NCBI GenBank assembly: GCA_023140385.1
Contig: JAGLLT010000018.1
Location: 6,071 to 70,070, forward strand
DNA length: 64,000 bases
Reading direction: 5' to 3'
Source: Candidatus Omnitrophota bacterium
GTDB lineage: Bacteria > Omnitrophota > Gorgyraeia > JAGLLT01
In this document: positions 49,834 through 60,013 of the stretch, piece after piece
Layout of the letters: the number at the start of each line of letters is the position of its first letter
How positions within the stretch are numbered: the first letter of the stretch is position 1
Notes under the pieces: model-generated
Told to the model about the DNA's origin: nothing
The model's database searches: none
Seen by the model: only the letters and a program-made list of their open reading frames with translations
Made by a program: the position numbers and the translations under genes

Positions 49834-52242
49834 ATGGCAGAAAAAAATTATAATACTCCATATGGCTATTTTAGCGAAGACGGCAAAGAGTATGTAATAA
49901 AAACACCCCTGACACCCAGGCCGTGGGTGAACGTAATTTCCAACAGTAAAAATTACGGCTTGGTTGTTTCTCAGGCGGGAGGCGGTTACAGCTGGTATAA
50001 GCACGCGCGTGAGAATAGAATTACCAGGTGGAATCAGGACATTGTCAGGGACAACTGGGGTAAGTTTATATATATAAGGGATAACAAAACCGGTAAGTTT
50101 TGGTCATCTACTTATCAACCGGTAAAAAAAAGTCCAAAGAACTACAAATGCCGCCATGGATTGGGCTTTAGTACTTTTGAAAGCCTGCATAATGATATTC
50201 GGACAATCCTGACCGTCTTAGTGGCTCCGGATGACACATTGGAAATATGGTCTTTAACGCTTGAAAATCTAAGTTCAAAGAAAAGAGATTTAAGCCTCTT
50301 TACCTATCTGGAGTGGGCCCTGGGTGTAGCTCCCGATGCTCACAGGGAATTTCATAAATTATTTATCGAGACTAAATACGACCCCAAACAAAAAGCTTTG
50401 CTGGCTGAGAAAAGACTCTGGACCGTCAAGACTCAGGATGGGATTCCGTGGAATAAGTCATGGGATTACCTTGCCTTTCATTCTTCAAGTGTGAGGCCCG
50501 TCTCTTTTGAAGGCGACAAAGAGAGCTTTTTAGGCCAATATGGTGACTTTAACGAACCGGCGGCCGTGAAAAAGGGAGTGTGTTCGAATAGTGACGGGAA
50601 GTGGAATGATTCCATTGGCAGCCTGCATGTAAATGTTAAATTAGATGCTAAACAGAAAAAAAAGGTAGTTTTTACTTTAGGCCTGGCAAAAGACAAAAAG
50701 CAGGTTGAGAAGCTTATTAAACAGTATTGCTGTATAACAGGAGCGGAAGAGGCCTTAGAAAAGGCTAAAAAAAGCTGGGTTGACCTGCTTGATGGTTTTC
50801 ACATAGAGACACCTGATAAAGGTTTTAATTTTATTAATAACTATTGGTTAAGGTATCAAGCCATCTCTTCCAGGCTGTGGGGCCGATCGGCCTATTATCA
50901 GACGGGCGGCGATTTTGGTTATAGAGATCAACTTCAGGATTCTCAAATTTTTCTGACTACTAATCCTGAACTGACAAAAAAACAAATTCTGCTTAATGCC
51001 TCGCATCAATTTAAAGACGGTATGGTGCAGCACTGGTGGAATCCGCTTAATGATATAGGTGCTAAAAACAACATCACCGACAATTTATTGTGGCTGCCTT
51101 TTGTAACTATTAATTATCTGAAGGAGACGGCGGATTATGGCCTCCTGAAAGAAAAGGTTGGTTACCTTGACTCTAATAGAAAAACCTCGGTATATGATCA
51201 TTGCCTTAAGGCTATAGAAAAAAGTCTCAGCAGGCTAAGTTCCCGCGGCCTGCCTCTTCTTGGAGAAGGTGATTGGAATGACGGCCTTTGCCGCGCCGGT
51301 GACAAATGGAAGGGTGAATCTGTCTGGCTGGGGCATTTTTTGTGCGGCATACTTTCCGAGTGGTCGGATTTATTAACCAGGCTTAATAAAAGAAAAGTTG
51401 CTCAAAGATTTAAAGAGGAAGTCAAAAGGCTGAAAGACAATATAAACGAACATGCCTGGGACGGCAAGTGGTATATAAGGGCAACCAGAGACGATGGAAT
51501 TGTTCTGGGAAGTAAAGCGCGGGAGGAAGGGAAAATATTTCTGAATGCCCAGACGTGGGCTATTATTAACGGAATAATTCCTCCGGCCAGGCTGAAGACA
51601 GTACTGGAGTCTCTTGATAAGCATCTTTACCGTGAATACGGGCCGATTCTTTTCTTTCCCGCTTATTCTAAGGCTGATGCCAGGATAGGGTATTTATCCC
51701 GCTACGCGCCGGGCGCGAGAGAAAACGGCGGTTTGTATACCCACGCCGCCTGTTGGGCGGTTATCGCGGAGGTTGTCGCCGGACGCGCCGCTAAGGCCTG
51801 GGATTTGTATGATAGATTTATGCCTGTTAAAAGAGGGATGAATCCGGACTTTTATAAAGCTGAGCCGTACGTGACCTGCGGCAATGTAGACGGCCCGGAT
51901 TCTAAGAATTTCGGGCGGGGAGCCTGGAGCTGGTATTCGGGTTCGGCCGGCTGGTATTTTAAGGCGGGCATAGAATGGCTCATTGGTGTTAGAGCTGAAT
52001 ATGATGGACTGAGAATTGAGCCGATCCTGCCCGACGACTGGACAGAATGTTCCGTAAAGAGAGTTTTTAGGGGAGCTACTTATAATATCAAGATATTCAA
52101 ATATGATGGGCCCGATCAGATAATAGTTGACGGTAAGGTGCATAGCAGCAATGTTATTCCGGCCTTTAAGGATAAGAAAGAACATAGTGTAATCTTCAGG
52201 ATAACAAAAAATTACCCGCTCAGAGCAAGAAGAATAGGTTGA
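49834..52242 (+). CDS. GH94 glycoside phosphorylase (cellobiose/cellodextrin/chitobiose phosphorylase family)
   Basis: 802 aa. The N-terminus (YGYFSEDGKEYVIKTPLTPRPWVNVISN...AGGGYSWYKHAREN) matches the GH94 N-terminal beta-sandwich. The C-terminal (alpha/alpha)6 barrel-like region is also consistent. Confidence 0.75.
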   Translation: MAEKNYNTPYGYFSEDGKEYVIKTPLTPRPWVNVISNSKNYGLVVSQAGGGYSWYKHARENRITRWNQDIVRDNWGKFIYIRDNKTGKFWSSTYQPVKKSPKNYKCRHGLGFSTFESLHNDIRTILTVLVAPDDTLEIWSLTLENLSSKKRDLSLFTYLEWALGVAPDAHREFHKLFIETKYDPKQKALLAEKRLWTVKTQDGIPWNKSWDYLAFHSSSVRPVSFEGDKESFLGQYGDFNEPAAVKKGVCSNSDGKWNDSIGSLHVNVKLDAKQKKKVVFTLGLAKDKKQVEKLIKQYCCITGAEEALEKAKKSWVDLLDGFHIETPDKGFNFINNYWLRYQAISSRLWGRSAYYQTGGDFGYRDQLQDSQIFLTTNPELTKKQILLNASHQFKDGMVQHWWNPLNDIGAKNNITDNLLWLPFVTINYLKETADYGLLKEKVGYLDSNRKTSVYDHCLKAIEKSLSRLSSRGLPLLGEGDWNDGLCRAGDKWKGESVWLGHFLCGILSEWSDLLTRLNKRKVAQRFKEEVKRLKDNINEHAWDGKWYIRATRDDGIVLGSKAREEGKIFLNAQTWAIINGIIPPARLKTVLESLDKHLYREYGPILFFPAYSKADARIGYLSRYAPGARENGGLYTHAACWAVIAEVVAGRAAKAWDLYDRFMPVKRGMNPDFYKAEPYVTCGNVDGPDSKNFGRGAWSWYSGSAGWYFKAGIEWLIGVRAEYDGLRIEPILPDDWTECSVKRVFRGATYNIKIFKYDGPDQIIVDGKVHSSNVIPAFKDKKEHSVIFRITKNYPLRARRIG

Positions 52243-52487
52243 CAAATTAGGTAAGTTGTGATAGTATTTCTTTGCGTAGGGGGTTCTTGATTTTCATTCG
52301 ATTAATTTTTACAATTTTTGAGAATATAATCGCCGGAAGGAAGGGGCGATTTGGATGGACATTAAGAGGTTTGATTTTATGAAGTCAATTCTTGGTGAAG
52401 TTGGCGGTTCTATACTGACGAAAAAGGTCTTCTCTAAAAGAGAAGGCCTTTTTGATGGATTATTAATATTTTTAAAGGTTTAATGAA

Positions 52488-53375
52488 TTGAGGAAAATGA
52501 ATAGTCTTATTGACGTATCAAGGTTCGGCGAGATAAAGATTATAAAAGAGTTAAGTGTTTTTTTTGACGCTCTTTTTGGATTGAAGTTGTCTTTTTACCG
52601 GTTTAACGGCGAAAGCGCGAGTAACTTCTGCCGTATAAACGGTATCGGAAAATCAACGGGAGCAGGATCAGTCAAGTGTGAAAAAGTAATAGCTGGAGAT
52701 GTGAAAAGGGCAATTGAGAAGAAAAAAACGCAAATTTCGAGTTGTCAGCCGGGTATAAAAAGATTTATTGTTCCCATTTTGTTTCGCAAAAAAGTTTACG
52801 GAATAGCCGTGTCTAATGGCATAAGGGTAATGAACAAAGACCGGCTGTCTATGGAGAAAAAAGAGCGCGGGAAGTCTGTAAAAAAGAAATTACGCAAAGA
52901 AGGCAAAGAAATATGCGTTCTGGATAAAAGCAGATTAGACCAACTCTGCTTTTTTCTGGAGTCGTTTGTTAATTACGTTTTTATGTCGAAGTTTGAAGAG
53001 ATGGTTTTTATGAGTTCAGAATTGTCTCAGACCCATTTGCAAGAAAGTATCGCCAGGGCGATAGACCACATAAGGGAGAACTATTACCGGCCTAATTTAA
53101 GCCTCGGTGAAGTTTCTAAGGTAGTCAGCCTGAGTCCCTATTATTTTTCACATCAGTTCAAAAAAGAGTACAACGCGACCTTCATTGAATATCTGACAAA
53201 AATCAGGCTGGAAGCCGCTGTTAGGCTGCTTAAAGACCGGCGTCTTAGTGTAGCTCAGGTGTCTTTCGCGGCCGGTTATCAAGACCCGAATTACTTCAGT
53301 AAAGTTTTTAAAAAATGGATGAATATTTCACCTCAGGAATACAGGGATCAAATTGTGGATCAAAAAGTTTCATAA
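52488..53375 (+). CDS. AraC-family transcriptional regulator with an N-terminal sensor domain (possibly PocR-like)
   Basis: C-terminal double HTH of the AraC family (LSVAQVSFAAGYQDPNYFSKVFKK). The Cys-containing N-terminal domain is uncharacterised. Confidence 0.75.
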   Translation: MRKMNSLIDVSRFGEIKIIKELSVFFDALFGLKLSFYRFNGESASNFCRINGIGKSTGAGSVKCEKVIAGDVKRAIEKKKTQISSCQPGIKRFIVPILFRKKVYGIAVSNGIRVMNKDRLSMEKKERGKSVKKKLRKEGKEICVLDKSRLDQLCFFLESFVNYVFMSKFEEMVFMSSELSQTHLQESIARAIDHIRENYYRPNLSLGEVSKVVSLSPYYFSHQFKKEYNATFIEYLTKIRLEAAVRLLKDRRLSVAQVSFAAGYQDPNYFSKVFKKWMNISPQEYRDQIVDQKVS

Positions 53376-53389
53376 AAGAGGGTGAATGT

Positions 53390-53839
53390 ATGATTAATGA
53401 AAAAAGAAGGCAGAAGAGAAGTAGTGTCGAGGTGCGGTTTTTGGGTCAACTTCTAAGAAAAGATAAGCGTACCGTGTTGACGAATGAGATACCGGTTCTG
53501 TCTAAAGATATAAGTCTGGGCGGAGTGAGGTTGAGCTGGCCGAAGGGCTGGAAGTGCGATAAATGTTCGAATTGCCTGGGATGGGTTTTTAACTTTAACT
53601 GCCGCTTTAAAAGCAATAATACTAATAGAATTAACAGGATAGTAGACGGGGATGTAGTTTTAAAGGTTATCTTTCAGGAAAAGGATGATAGCTCCAAGGA
53701 GGTACTGTCAAAAGTAGTTTGGGCGGAAGAGCCGCAAAAAGAAGATTTGCATTATGATATAGGCCTTAGTTTTATCAAGTTGGATAAAGCGGTTGAAGAA
53801 GATATAAATTATTTGATAAAAGGCAGGCCTAAAAAATAG
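53390..53839 (+). CDS. PilZ-domain protein (putative c-di-GMP receptor)
   Basis: RRQKRSS (RxxxR) and DISLGGVRL (DxSxGG) PilZ motifs. Start taken at ATG 53390 after RBS AGAGGGTGA. Confidence 0.6.
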   Translation: MINEKRRQKRSSVEVRFLGQLLRKDKRTVLTNEIPVLSKDISLGGVRLSWPKGWKCDKCSNCLGWVFNFNCRFKSNNTNRINRIVDGDVVLKVIFQEKDDSSKEVLSKVVWAEEPQKEDLHYDIGLSFIKLDKAVEEDINYLIKGRPKK

Positions 53840-53842
53840 AGA

Positions 53843-53912
53843 AAAGGGCAAATTTATTTTTCTTTCTTCTGAAAGCAAAATTAAGAAAATGAATTTGCCC
53901 TTTTTCTTATCG
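53843..53912 (+). terminator. Long inverted repeat with T-tract downstream of the PilZ gene (possible terminator)
   Basis: AAGGGCAAATTT (53843-53854) pairs with AATTTGCCCTT (53893-53903). TTTTTCTT follows immediately. Confidence 0.35.
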
Positions 53913-53941
53913 CGAAAAATTAACTTAAAAGAGGGGTAAAA

Positions 53942-56356
53942 ATGGATTTTAAGATTACTAAGGACGGATTCAGGCTTAACAACAATGACTTTTTTATTTT
54001 CTCAGGTGAAATTCATTATTTTAGAATTCCAAAGAAATTATGGAAGCTTCATCTTACCAAATTGAAGGAAGCCAACTGCAATACGGTTTCTTTTTATATT
54101 CCCTGGTGCTGGCATGAGTATGAGGACAATAAGTTTGATTTTACGGGGGATAGCCGCGCGGAGAGAGATTTGATAGGATTTCTGAATTTGTGCTATGAAA
54201 TGGGCCTCTATGTGATTGTTAAACCGGGCCCTTATATCCTGGCTGAGTACAAACGCAACGGCCTGCCTGAGTGGCTTTTTGAAAAATATCCGGAGGTTCA
54301 GGCGCTTGATAAGGACAATAATATCCATCCCTTAAAGATGACCAGTTATATGAACCCCGTCTATTTAAAGTATGCCAAGCGCTGGTACAAAAATGTAATG
54401 CCGATAATTGAAAAATATCAGATTAGTAATGACAAAATGATCATTATGATGCAGTTATGCAATGAAATAGCTTTTTATTATTGGTTTTCTGCTGAGGGTG
54501 ATTACAACCGGGAATGCATTAAACACTATCACGATTTTTTGAAAAAGAACTACGGGCATATCTCGAAGCTAAATGAAGTTTACCGGACAAACTACGAAGA
54601 GTTTAGTGAAGTAAAAGCCCCTTCGGAAAAGGTAAAAAATAAAGAAGATTATCTGGAGTATAAAGATTGGCACCTTTTTTACCACCGATACTATGCCGCC
54701 TATCTCATCTATTTGCTTAAAGAGGCAAGGAGCTTTAAGATAACGATACCGGCTTTTCATAACCTCCCGGGCTGGATAGACGGCCGGGCATTGGAGTATC
54801 CGGTTAACATAATTATGTATGATGAGTTGGATAATCTATGCCCTGAGATTATGCTGGGAGTTGATCATATTCCCGAGGCGGTAGACTTCAGGAATATGCA
54901 TGATGATTTGATTTGTAATGAGGTTGTACGCGCTTTGCAGGGACACAGCTATCCTGTTTTGGGGATAGAGATGCAAGCCGGCAGCCGCCATCATAAAACC
55001 CGCGTATACGCGAACGAGTTAAATCTTTTTTATAAAGCCTGTTTGGCCCATGGCATGAAAGGAATGAACTTTTATATGTTTTCGCAGGGCGTAAATCCTC
55101 CGAGAAAGGGTGATCTGGGGCCTGTTTTCTATTGGCAGACCCCTCTTGATGTTAAAGGCGAGCAAAGCGATTTGTACGAGGTCATCAGGAACTTGGGAAA
55201 GTTTATTAAAACACACGGTGAGAATTTAATAAATGTTAAGAAGCATGTGGAAATTTGTGTTGGTTTATACCGTCCGTATTATCATACAGAATTTACTATT
55301 CCCGCTTTTGGTAATCGGAAAATGGATGTCTCCGACTTGGGCTTGTCCTACGACCCGAAACGGCTGAGAGATCAGGTCCTTTTTGACGGGCTTTTAAGAT
55401 CTCTTCAGGTGCTCAATGAAGACTTTATTGTTGAGGATATCCAGGCGGCAGCCTTAGAAAGATTGAAGAAGTATAAGCAGCTCTGGATAATTTCCCTGGA
55501 TTATATGGATAAGGATACGCAGAAGAAGCTGGCTGATTATGTAAAAGGCGGAGGGCACTTAATTATTATGCCCACCTTCCCAAATAAAGATTTAAGCTTA
55601 AATGAATGCGCTTATCTTGAGGATGAATGCGGTGTTAAGAGGAAAGAGGCGGTTTTTCCGGTGACACCTAAAATAGATCTTCTGGGTGTTAAGGATTTTC
55701 AATGCCTGCCCAGAATCAATCTTTATGAGGAAGGCGCCTCGGAGGTTATTGCCAGAACGGAAAAGGGAGAGTGCTGCGGCCTGACAAAAAATACCGGCAA
55801 AGGAAGGGTGACGGTGCTGGGAACAGCCTTTAGTTATGAATTGGGAGAGCATTTAGAGGCTTACGGCAGGCTGATAGCGACCGATAGAATAAATAAGTAT
55901 ACCCTTAGTAATAACCCGGAGATAATTGCCGGACAGCTTTTCAATGAAGAGTACAGTTATCTCTACGTTCTTAATTATCACCGTAACGCCCAGGCCGTAC
56001 GATTAACAGTTAAAAGTCCCACCGGTAAAGAAGAGATTGTTGTACCGTTTGAGGAGAAGTTGTTAATGCCTCCCACATACGGCTTTATTACGCCGGTTAA
56101 TCTGAGATTGAGCGAAGAAGCTGTTTTAAAGTATGCCACCTCCGAGCTTTTGTCTATGGATGCCGCCGATGGCCGGATAAAATTTGAAGTCGCGGGCCAT
56201 CCTGATCTCAGAGGCGGTTTGGTGTTGGAACTTTCTAAAAAACCCAAACAAGTTTTAATTGACGGCAAAGAAGGTTCTTTTAGTTATAAAGACGGGAAGC
56301 TGTTTCTGTCATACTCTCATCGGGAGAAGCCTTTTCAGGTAGTCGTCAGTATATAG
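53942..56356 (+). CDS. GH35-family beta-galactosidase
   Basis: N-terminal GH35 signature (FSGEIHYFRIPKKLWKLHLTKLKEANCNTVSFYIPWCWHEYEDNKFDFTG ... VIVKPGPYILAEYKRNGLPEWL). The catalytic Glu-containing NEI motif is also present. Confidence 0.75.
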   Translation: MDFKITKDGFRLNNNDFFIFSGEIHYFRIPKKLWKLHLTKLKEANCNTVSFYIPWCWHEYEDNKFDFTGDSRAERDLIGFLNLCYEMGLYVIVKPGPYILAEYKRNGLPEWLFEKYPEVQALDKDNNIHPLKMTSYMNPVYLKYAKRWYKNVMPIIEKYQISNDKMIIMMQLCNEIAFYYWFSAEGDYNRECIKHYHDFLKKNYGHISKLNEVYRTNYEEFSEVKAPSEKVKNKEDYLEYKDWHLFYHRYYAAYLIYLLKEARSFKITIPAFHNLPGWIDGRALEYPVNIIMYDELDNLCPEIMLGVDHIPEAVDFRNMHDDLICNEVVRALQGHSYPVLGIEMQAGSRHHKTRVYANELNLFYKACLAHGMKGMNFYMFSQGVNPPRKGDLGPVFYWQTPLDVKGEQSDLYEVIRNLGKFIKTHGENLINVKKHVEICVGLYRPYYHTEFTIPAFGNRKMDVSDLGLSYDPKRLRDQVLFDGLLRSLQVLNEDFIVEDIQAAALERLKKYKQLWIISLDYMDKDTQKKLADYVKGGGHLIIMPTFPNKDLSLNECAYLEDECGVKRKEAVFPVTPKIDLLGVKDFQCLPRINLYEEGASEVIARTEKGECCGLTKNTGKGRVTVLGTAFSYELGEHLEAYGRLIATDRINKYTLSNNPEIIAGQLFNEEYSYLYVLNYHRNAQAVRLTVKSPTGKEEIVVPFEEKLLMPPTYGFITPVNLRLSEEAVLKYATSELLSMDAADGRIKFEVAGHPDLRGGLVLELSKKPKQVLIDGKEGSFSYKDGKLFLSYSHREKPFQVVVSI

Positions 56357-56500
56357 TGAAAAATTAAAGACTAACCGGGCGGCGCGGTATTTTTTTTCTT
56401 GAATAGGCTTATTGTTCGTGGCATAATAAATTACATGTTTAGTTCTAAAAGATGCCTATTGAGTTGGTAGTGTATCCATTAAATATATAGCGGGAGGGAA

Positions 56501-57088
56501 ATGATGAAAGTAAATAAGGCTTTTATTCTGGGCGCTTGCTTGCTGATGCTCGCGGTATTTTTTGGCTGTGGATGGCTATCCAATGAAGAAGATGCCAGGA
56601 AGATGGTGATAGATAAAGACGCTTCTTTTTTAAGGATTTTAGAGGAAAAGGACGGAGTAGATAAAAAGATAAAACAAGCCAGAAACGCGCTCTCGGCTGA
56701 AAAAAAAGCGGCAGACAGCAGGATAAGGAAGATAAAGAAAGAATACTCTGTTCAGGAAAAAGAAGTTAAGCTGGAAATTAAAGGTTTAAAAGAAGGGATT
56801 AATAAATACGTAAATGAAATAAAGAGTGACATTCGCAGTTTGTCGAGTAAATTGAAAATGAAAAAAAGAATAGCAAAAAACCTGAACTCCTCCATTAAAG
56901 AAGCAAACAGGCTTTTGGATAAGGATAGCCAGATAAAGTTAACCCCTGAAGAAAGAAAGAAGTGGCGGGAGAAACTATCTGATTTAAAACTGCAAAAGAA
57001 AGATATTATGGCTGATATAGGCGTTTTAAATAATGAGCTGTCTGTTGAAAAAACAAAAGTCAGGCTTCTTAAGATTAAAAACAAGTAA
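56501..57088 (+). CDS. Coiled-coil lipoprotein of unknown function
   Basis: Signal peptide with lipobox FFGCG. The remainder is Lys/Glu-rich with heptad periodicity. Confidence 0.4.
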   Translation: MMKVNKAFILGACLLMLAVFFGCGWLSNEEDARKMVIDKDASFLRILEEKDGVDKKIKQARNALSAEKKAADSRIRKIKKEYSVQEKEVKLEIKGLKEGINKYVNEIKSDIRSLSSKLKMKKRIAKNLNSSIKEANRLLDKDSQIKLTPEERKKWREKLSDLKLQKKDIMADIGVLNNELSVEKTKVRLLKIKNK

Positions 57089-57104
57089 GTGAGGTAGAGT
57101 TAAA

Positions 57105-58688
57105 GTGGTAAAGATTAGAAGGGCCCTAATCAGTGTCTCGGATAAGAGTGGAATAACGGAATTTGCCCGGGAACTTGAAGCTCTGGGAATTGAGATAATT
57201 TCAACGGGGGGTACCAGAAAAGCATTGGAAGAGGCCGGGATTAAGCTTAGGCCTGTTTCAGAGCTAACCGGTACCGGTGAGATGCTTGATGGTAGAGTTA
57301 AAACCCTGCATCCTAAAATTTACGGCGGGCTTTTAGCCGTACGCGACAACCAAAAGCACATAGAAGAACTGAAAAAAGCCGGTATTGAGTTAATAGATAT
57401 GGTTGTCGTCAACCTCTATCCTTTTGAAAAAGTTATTGCCGAAGACAGTGTTGTGCTTGGGGAGGCTGTGGAAAATATAGACATCGGAGGCCCGGCATTG
57501 TTGAGAGCGGCCGCCAAGAATTATAAGTCTGTAGCGGCTGTATCTAACGCGGGCAGGTATACCGGCATTATCAAAGAGCTAAAAGATAATGATAACCGTT
57601 TAAATGAGATGACTTTGTCTGAATTAGCTGTTGAAGTTTTTGAGGTTACTGCCGGCTACGATAAGAAGATATCGGACTTTTTGAAGGCTCGTCTTGGGCT
57701 TACTGCCGATGGAGGAGGGCCGGGCGATAATGAATTTGCTTTCTCCGGTGAGTTAGAGCTGAGGCTAAAGAAAATACAGGACTTAAGATATGGAGAAAAT
57801 CCCCATCAGAAGGCCGCTTTTTACAGGGATGATAAGGTTACCGAACCAAGCGTTTGTTCTTTAAAACAACTTTCCGGCAAGGAACTGTCTTTTAATAACA
57901 TTATGGATTTAAACGCCGCCATTGAGCTTATAAAGGACTTTGAAAATCCTGCCGCCTGCATATTGAAGCATAATAATCCCTGCGGAGCCGCCTTGGGTTC
58001 TAATCTTGCTTCAGCTTATGAAAAGGCGTTAGAAAGCGACCCGCTTTCCGCTTTTGGGGGGATTGTAGGTTTAAACAAGGTTGTTGATGAAGACACGGCA
58101 GGCTTAATAAATTCCAGCAGGTTTATTGAGTGCGTAATTGCCCCCGGTTACACGGATAAGGCTGTGCAGATTCTTAAAAGAAAAAAAAATATGAGAATTT
58201 TAGATATTCCGGATATGAATAAGCGGGGATTGGATATTGACATTAAGAAAGTGACAGGCGGCATGCTTGTACAGGAAAAAGATGTAATTAAAGTTGAAGC
58301 CGGAGACCTAAAAGTAACTACCAGAAGAAAACCTACCCCCGAGGAAATAGACTCTTTATTGTTTGCCTGGCATGTATGTAAGTATGTTAAATCCAACGCT
58401 ATTGTCCTGGCCGACGGCAGTCAGACCGTAAGTATCGGAGCGGGGCAAATGAGCAGAGTTGATTCGGTCGTTATTGCCATTAAGAAGGCGGGCAAAAGAG
58501 CCCGGGGCTCTGTTATGGCAAGTGATGCCTTCTTTCCGATGAAGGACTCTATTGAAAAGGCTTGTAAAGCGGGCATTAGGGCTATAATACAGCCGGGTGG
58601 TTCCATTAGAGATGAGGAAGTAATAAAGGAAGCGGATGCCGGACAGATAGCCATGGTCTTTACGGGTATCAGGCACTTTAAACACTAA
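57105..58688 (+). CDS. purH: Bifunctional AICAR transformylase / IMP cyclohydrolase
   Basis: N-terminal MGS-like domain (ALISVSDKSGI) and C-terminal AICARFT domain. Confidence 0.9.
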   Translation: MVKIRRALISVSDKSGITEFARELEALGIEIISTGGTRKALEEAGIKLRPVSELTGTGEMLDGRVKTLHPKIYGGLLAVRDNQKHIEELKKAGIELIDMVVVNLYPFEKVIAEDSVVLGEAVENIDIGGPALLRAAAKNYKSVAAVSNAGRYTGIIKELKDNDNRLNEMTLSELAVEVFEVTAGYDKKISDFLKARLGLTADGGGPGDNEFAFSGELELRLKKIQDLRYGENPHQKAAFYRDDKVTEPSVCSLKQLSGKELSFNNIMDLNAAIELIKDFENPAACILKHNNPCGAALGSNLASAYEKALESDPLSAFGGIVGLNKVVDEDTAGLINSSRFIECVIAPGYTDKAVQILKRKKNMRILDIPDMNKRGLDIDIKKVTGGMLVQEKDVIKVEAGDLKVTTRRKPTPEEIDSLLFAWHVCKYVKSNAIVLADGSQTVSIGAGQMSRVDSVVIAIKKAGKRARGSVMASDAFFPMKDSIEKACKAGIRAIIQPGGSIRDEEVIKEADAGQIAMVFTGIRHFKH

Positions 58689-58693
58689 TCTAA

Positions 58694-60013
58694 ATGGATT
58701 ATAAAGAGGCAGTTTTATATCTCAACTCTTTTATAAATAATGAAAAAAACAAAAACTTTTCATACAAAAAATTCCGCCTCGAGAGAGTGCGGGAAATCCT
58801 TAATTTCTTAGACAATCCCCACGAAAAAATAACGGCTATTCATATAGCAGGCACTAAAGGCAAAGGTTCGACGGCAGCCTTTATAAGCAGTATTTTGAAA
58901 AAGGCCGGCTATAAAACAGGCCTTTATACTTCACCGCATCTACACGATTTCCGTGAAAGGATTCAATTAAACAGCCGCAAAATCAGCAAGAGAGACCTGA
59001 TGCGCGTTGTTAAAAAAGTTAAAGTCGCGGTAGATGAATATTTGGAAAAAGGAAGCAGCCGCCCGACTTTCTTTGAAATTTATACCATCGCCGCTTTTTT
59101 GTACTTTAGTTATAAAAGGGCCGATATCGTAGTGCTTGAGGTTGGCATTGGAGGACGGCTTGACGCTACCAACGTTGTTCGTTCCCTGATTTCTGTTATT
59201 ACGCCCATTAGTTATGAGCACACAGGTAAACTCGGAAAGACACTGGCGAAAATAGCGGCTGAAAAGGCAGGTATTATAAAAGAACGGTCGATGGCCATAA
59301 GCGCACCTCAGCCAAAGGCGGCCGAAAGAGTTATAGAATCGAGAGCGCGGGAGGTAAAGGCCGGCTTGCTTGTTATCGGCAAGGATGTATGTTTTAAAGA
59401 GGGAAAATTTAACGGCAGGTTTCAGTCTTTTACTGTTAGAAGTATGTCCGGCAGATTATTTAATTTAAAGACTTCTCTTTTGGGAAGGCATCAGATGATA
59501 AACGCTTCCTGCGGGGTAGCGGCCATTGAAGCCTTGAATTCTTATCATATCAAAGTAAGCTCAGACGCTGTTGAAAGCGGTGTAAATTCAGCCAGGTGGC
59601 CGGGAAGGTTGGAGGTGGCTGCCAGAAAACCCCTTGTTGTTTTAGATGGGGCTCAGAATAAAGCCAGTGCCAGAGTCTTAAAAGAGGCTGTCTTAAAATT
59701 ATTCAAGTACAGCCGCCTGATACTGATTCTTGGAGTATCTGAGGATAAGGATATTAAGGGTATATGTTCAGTGTTGGAAAAAATAAGTGATGTAATTATT
59801 TTAACCAAGGCCCTTCATCCCAGGGCAGTGTCTGTGGATTGCATAAAAAAGCATATTTCAGACAAAAAGAAGATTTATTTAAGCAATAGCGTTAGTAATG
59901 CTCTGGAGTTGGCGCGCGAGAAGGCCGGAGAGAATGATTTGATATTGGCCGCGGGCTCTTTGTTTGTGGTAGCCGAGGCTCGAAAAATAATCAGGGCGGA
60001 TAAGAATGGGTAA
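58694..60013 (+). CDS. folC: Folylpolyglutamate synthase / dihydrofolate synthase (Mur-ligase family)
   Basis: P-loop IHIAGTKGKGST and the Mur-ligase middle and C-terminal domain pattern. Confidence 0.8.
   Translation: MDYKEAVLYLNSFINNEKNKNFSYKKFRLERVREILNFLDNPHEKITAIHIAGTKGKGSTAAFISSILKKAGYKTGLYTSPHLHDFRERIQLNSRKISKRDLMRVVKKVKVAVDEYLEKGSSRPTFFEIYTIAAFLYFSYKRADIVVLEVGIGGRLDATNVVRSLISVITPISYEHTGKLGKTLAKIAAEKAGIIKERSMAISAPQPKAAERVIESRAREVKAGLLVIGKDVCFKEGKFNGRFQSFTVRSMSGRLFNLKTSLLGRHQMINASCGVAAIEALNSYHIKVSSDAVESGVNSARWPGRLEVAARKPLVVLDGAQNKASARVLKEAVLKLFKYSRLILILGVSEDKDIKGICSVLEKISDVIILTKALHPRAVSVDCIKKHISDKKKIYLSNSVSNALELAREKAGENDLILAAGSLFVVAEARKIIRADKNG

Noticed and set aside
56374-56398. Terminator after the GH35 gene (CCGGGCGGCGCGG plus T9)
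   Set aside because: The T-tract is good, but the GC segment is not convincingly self-complementary (only about 3 bp pair). It is left unannotated.
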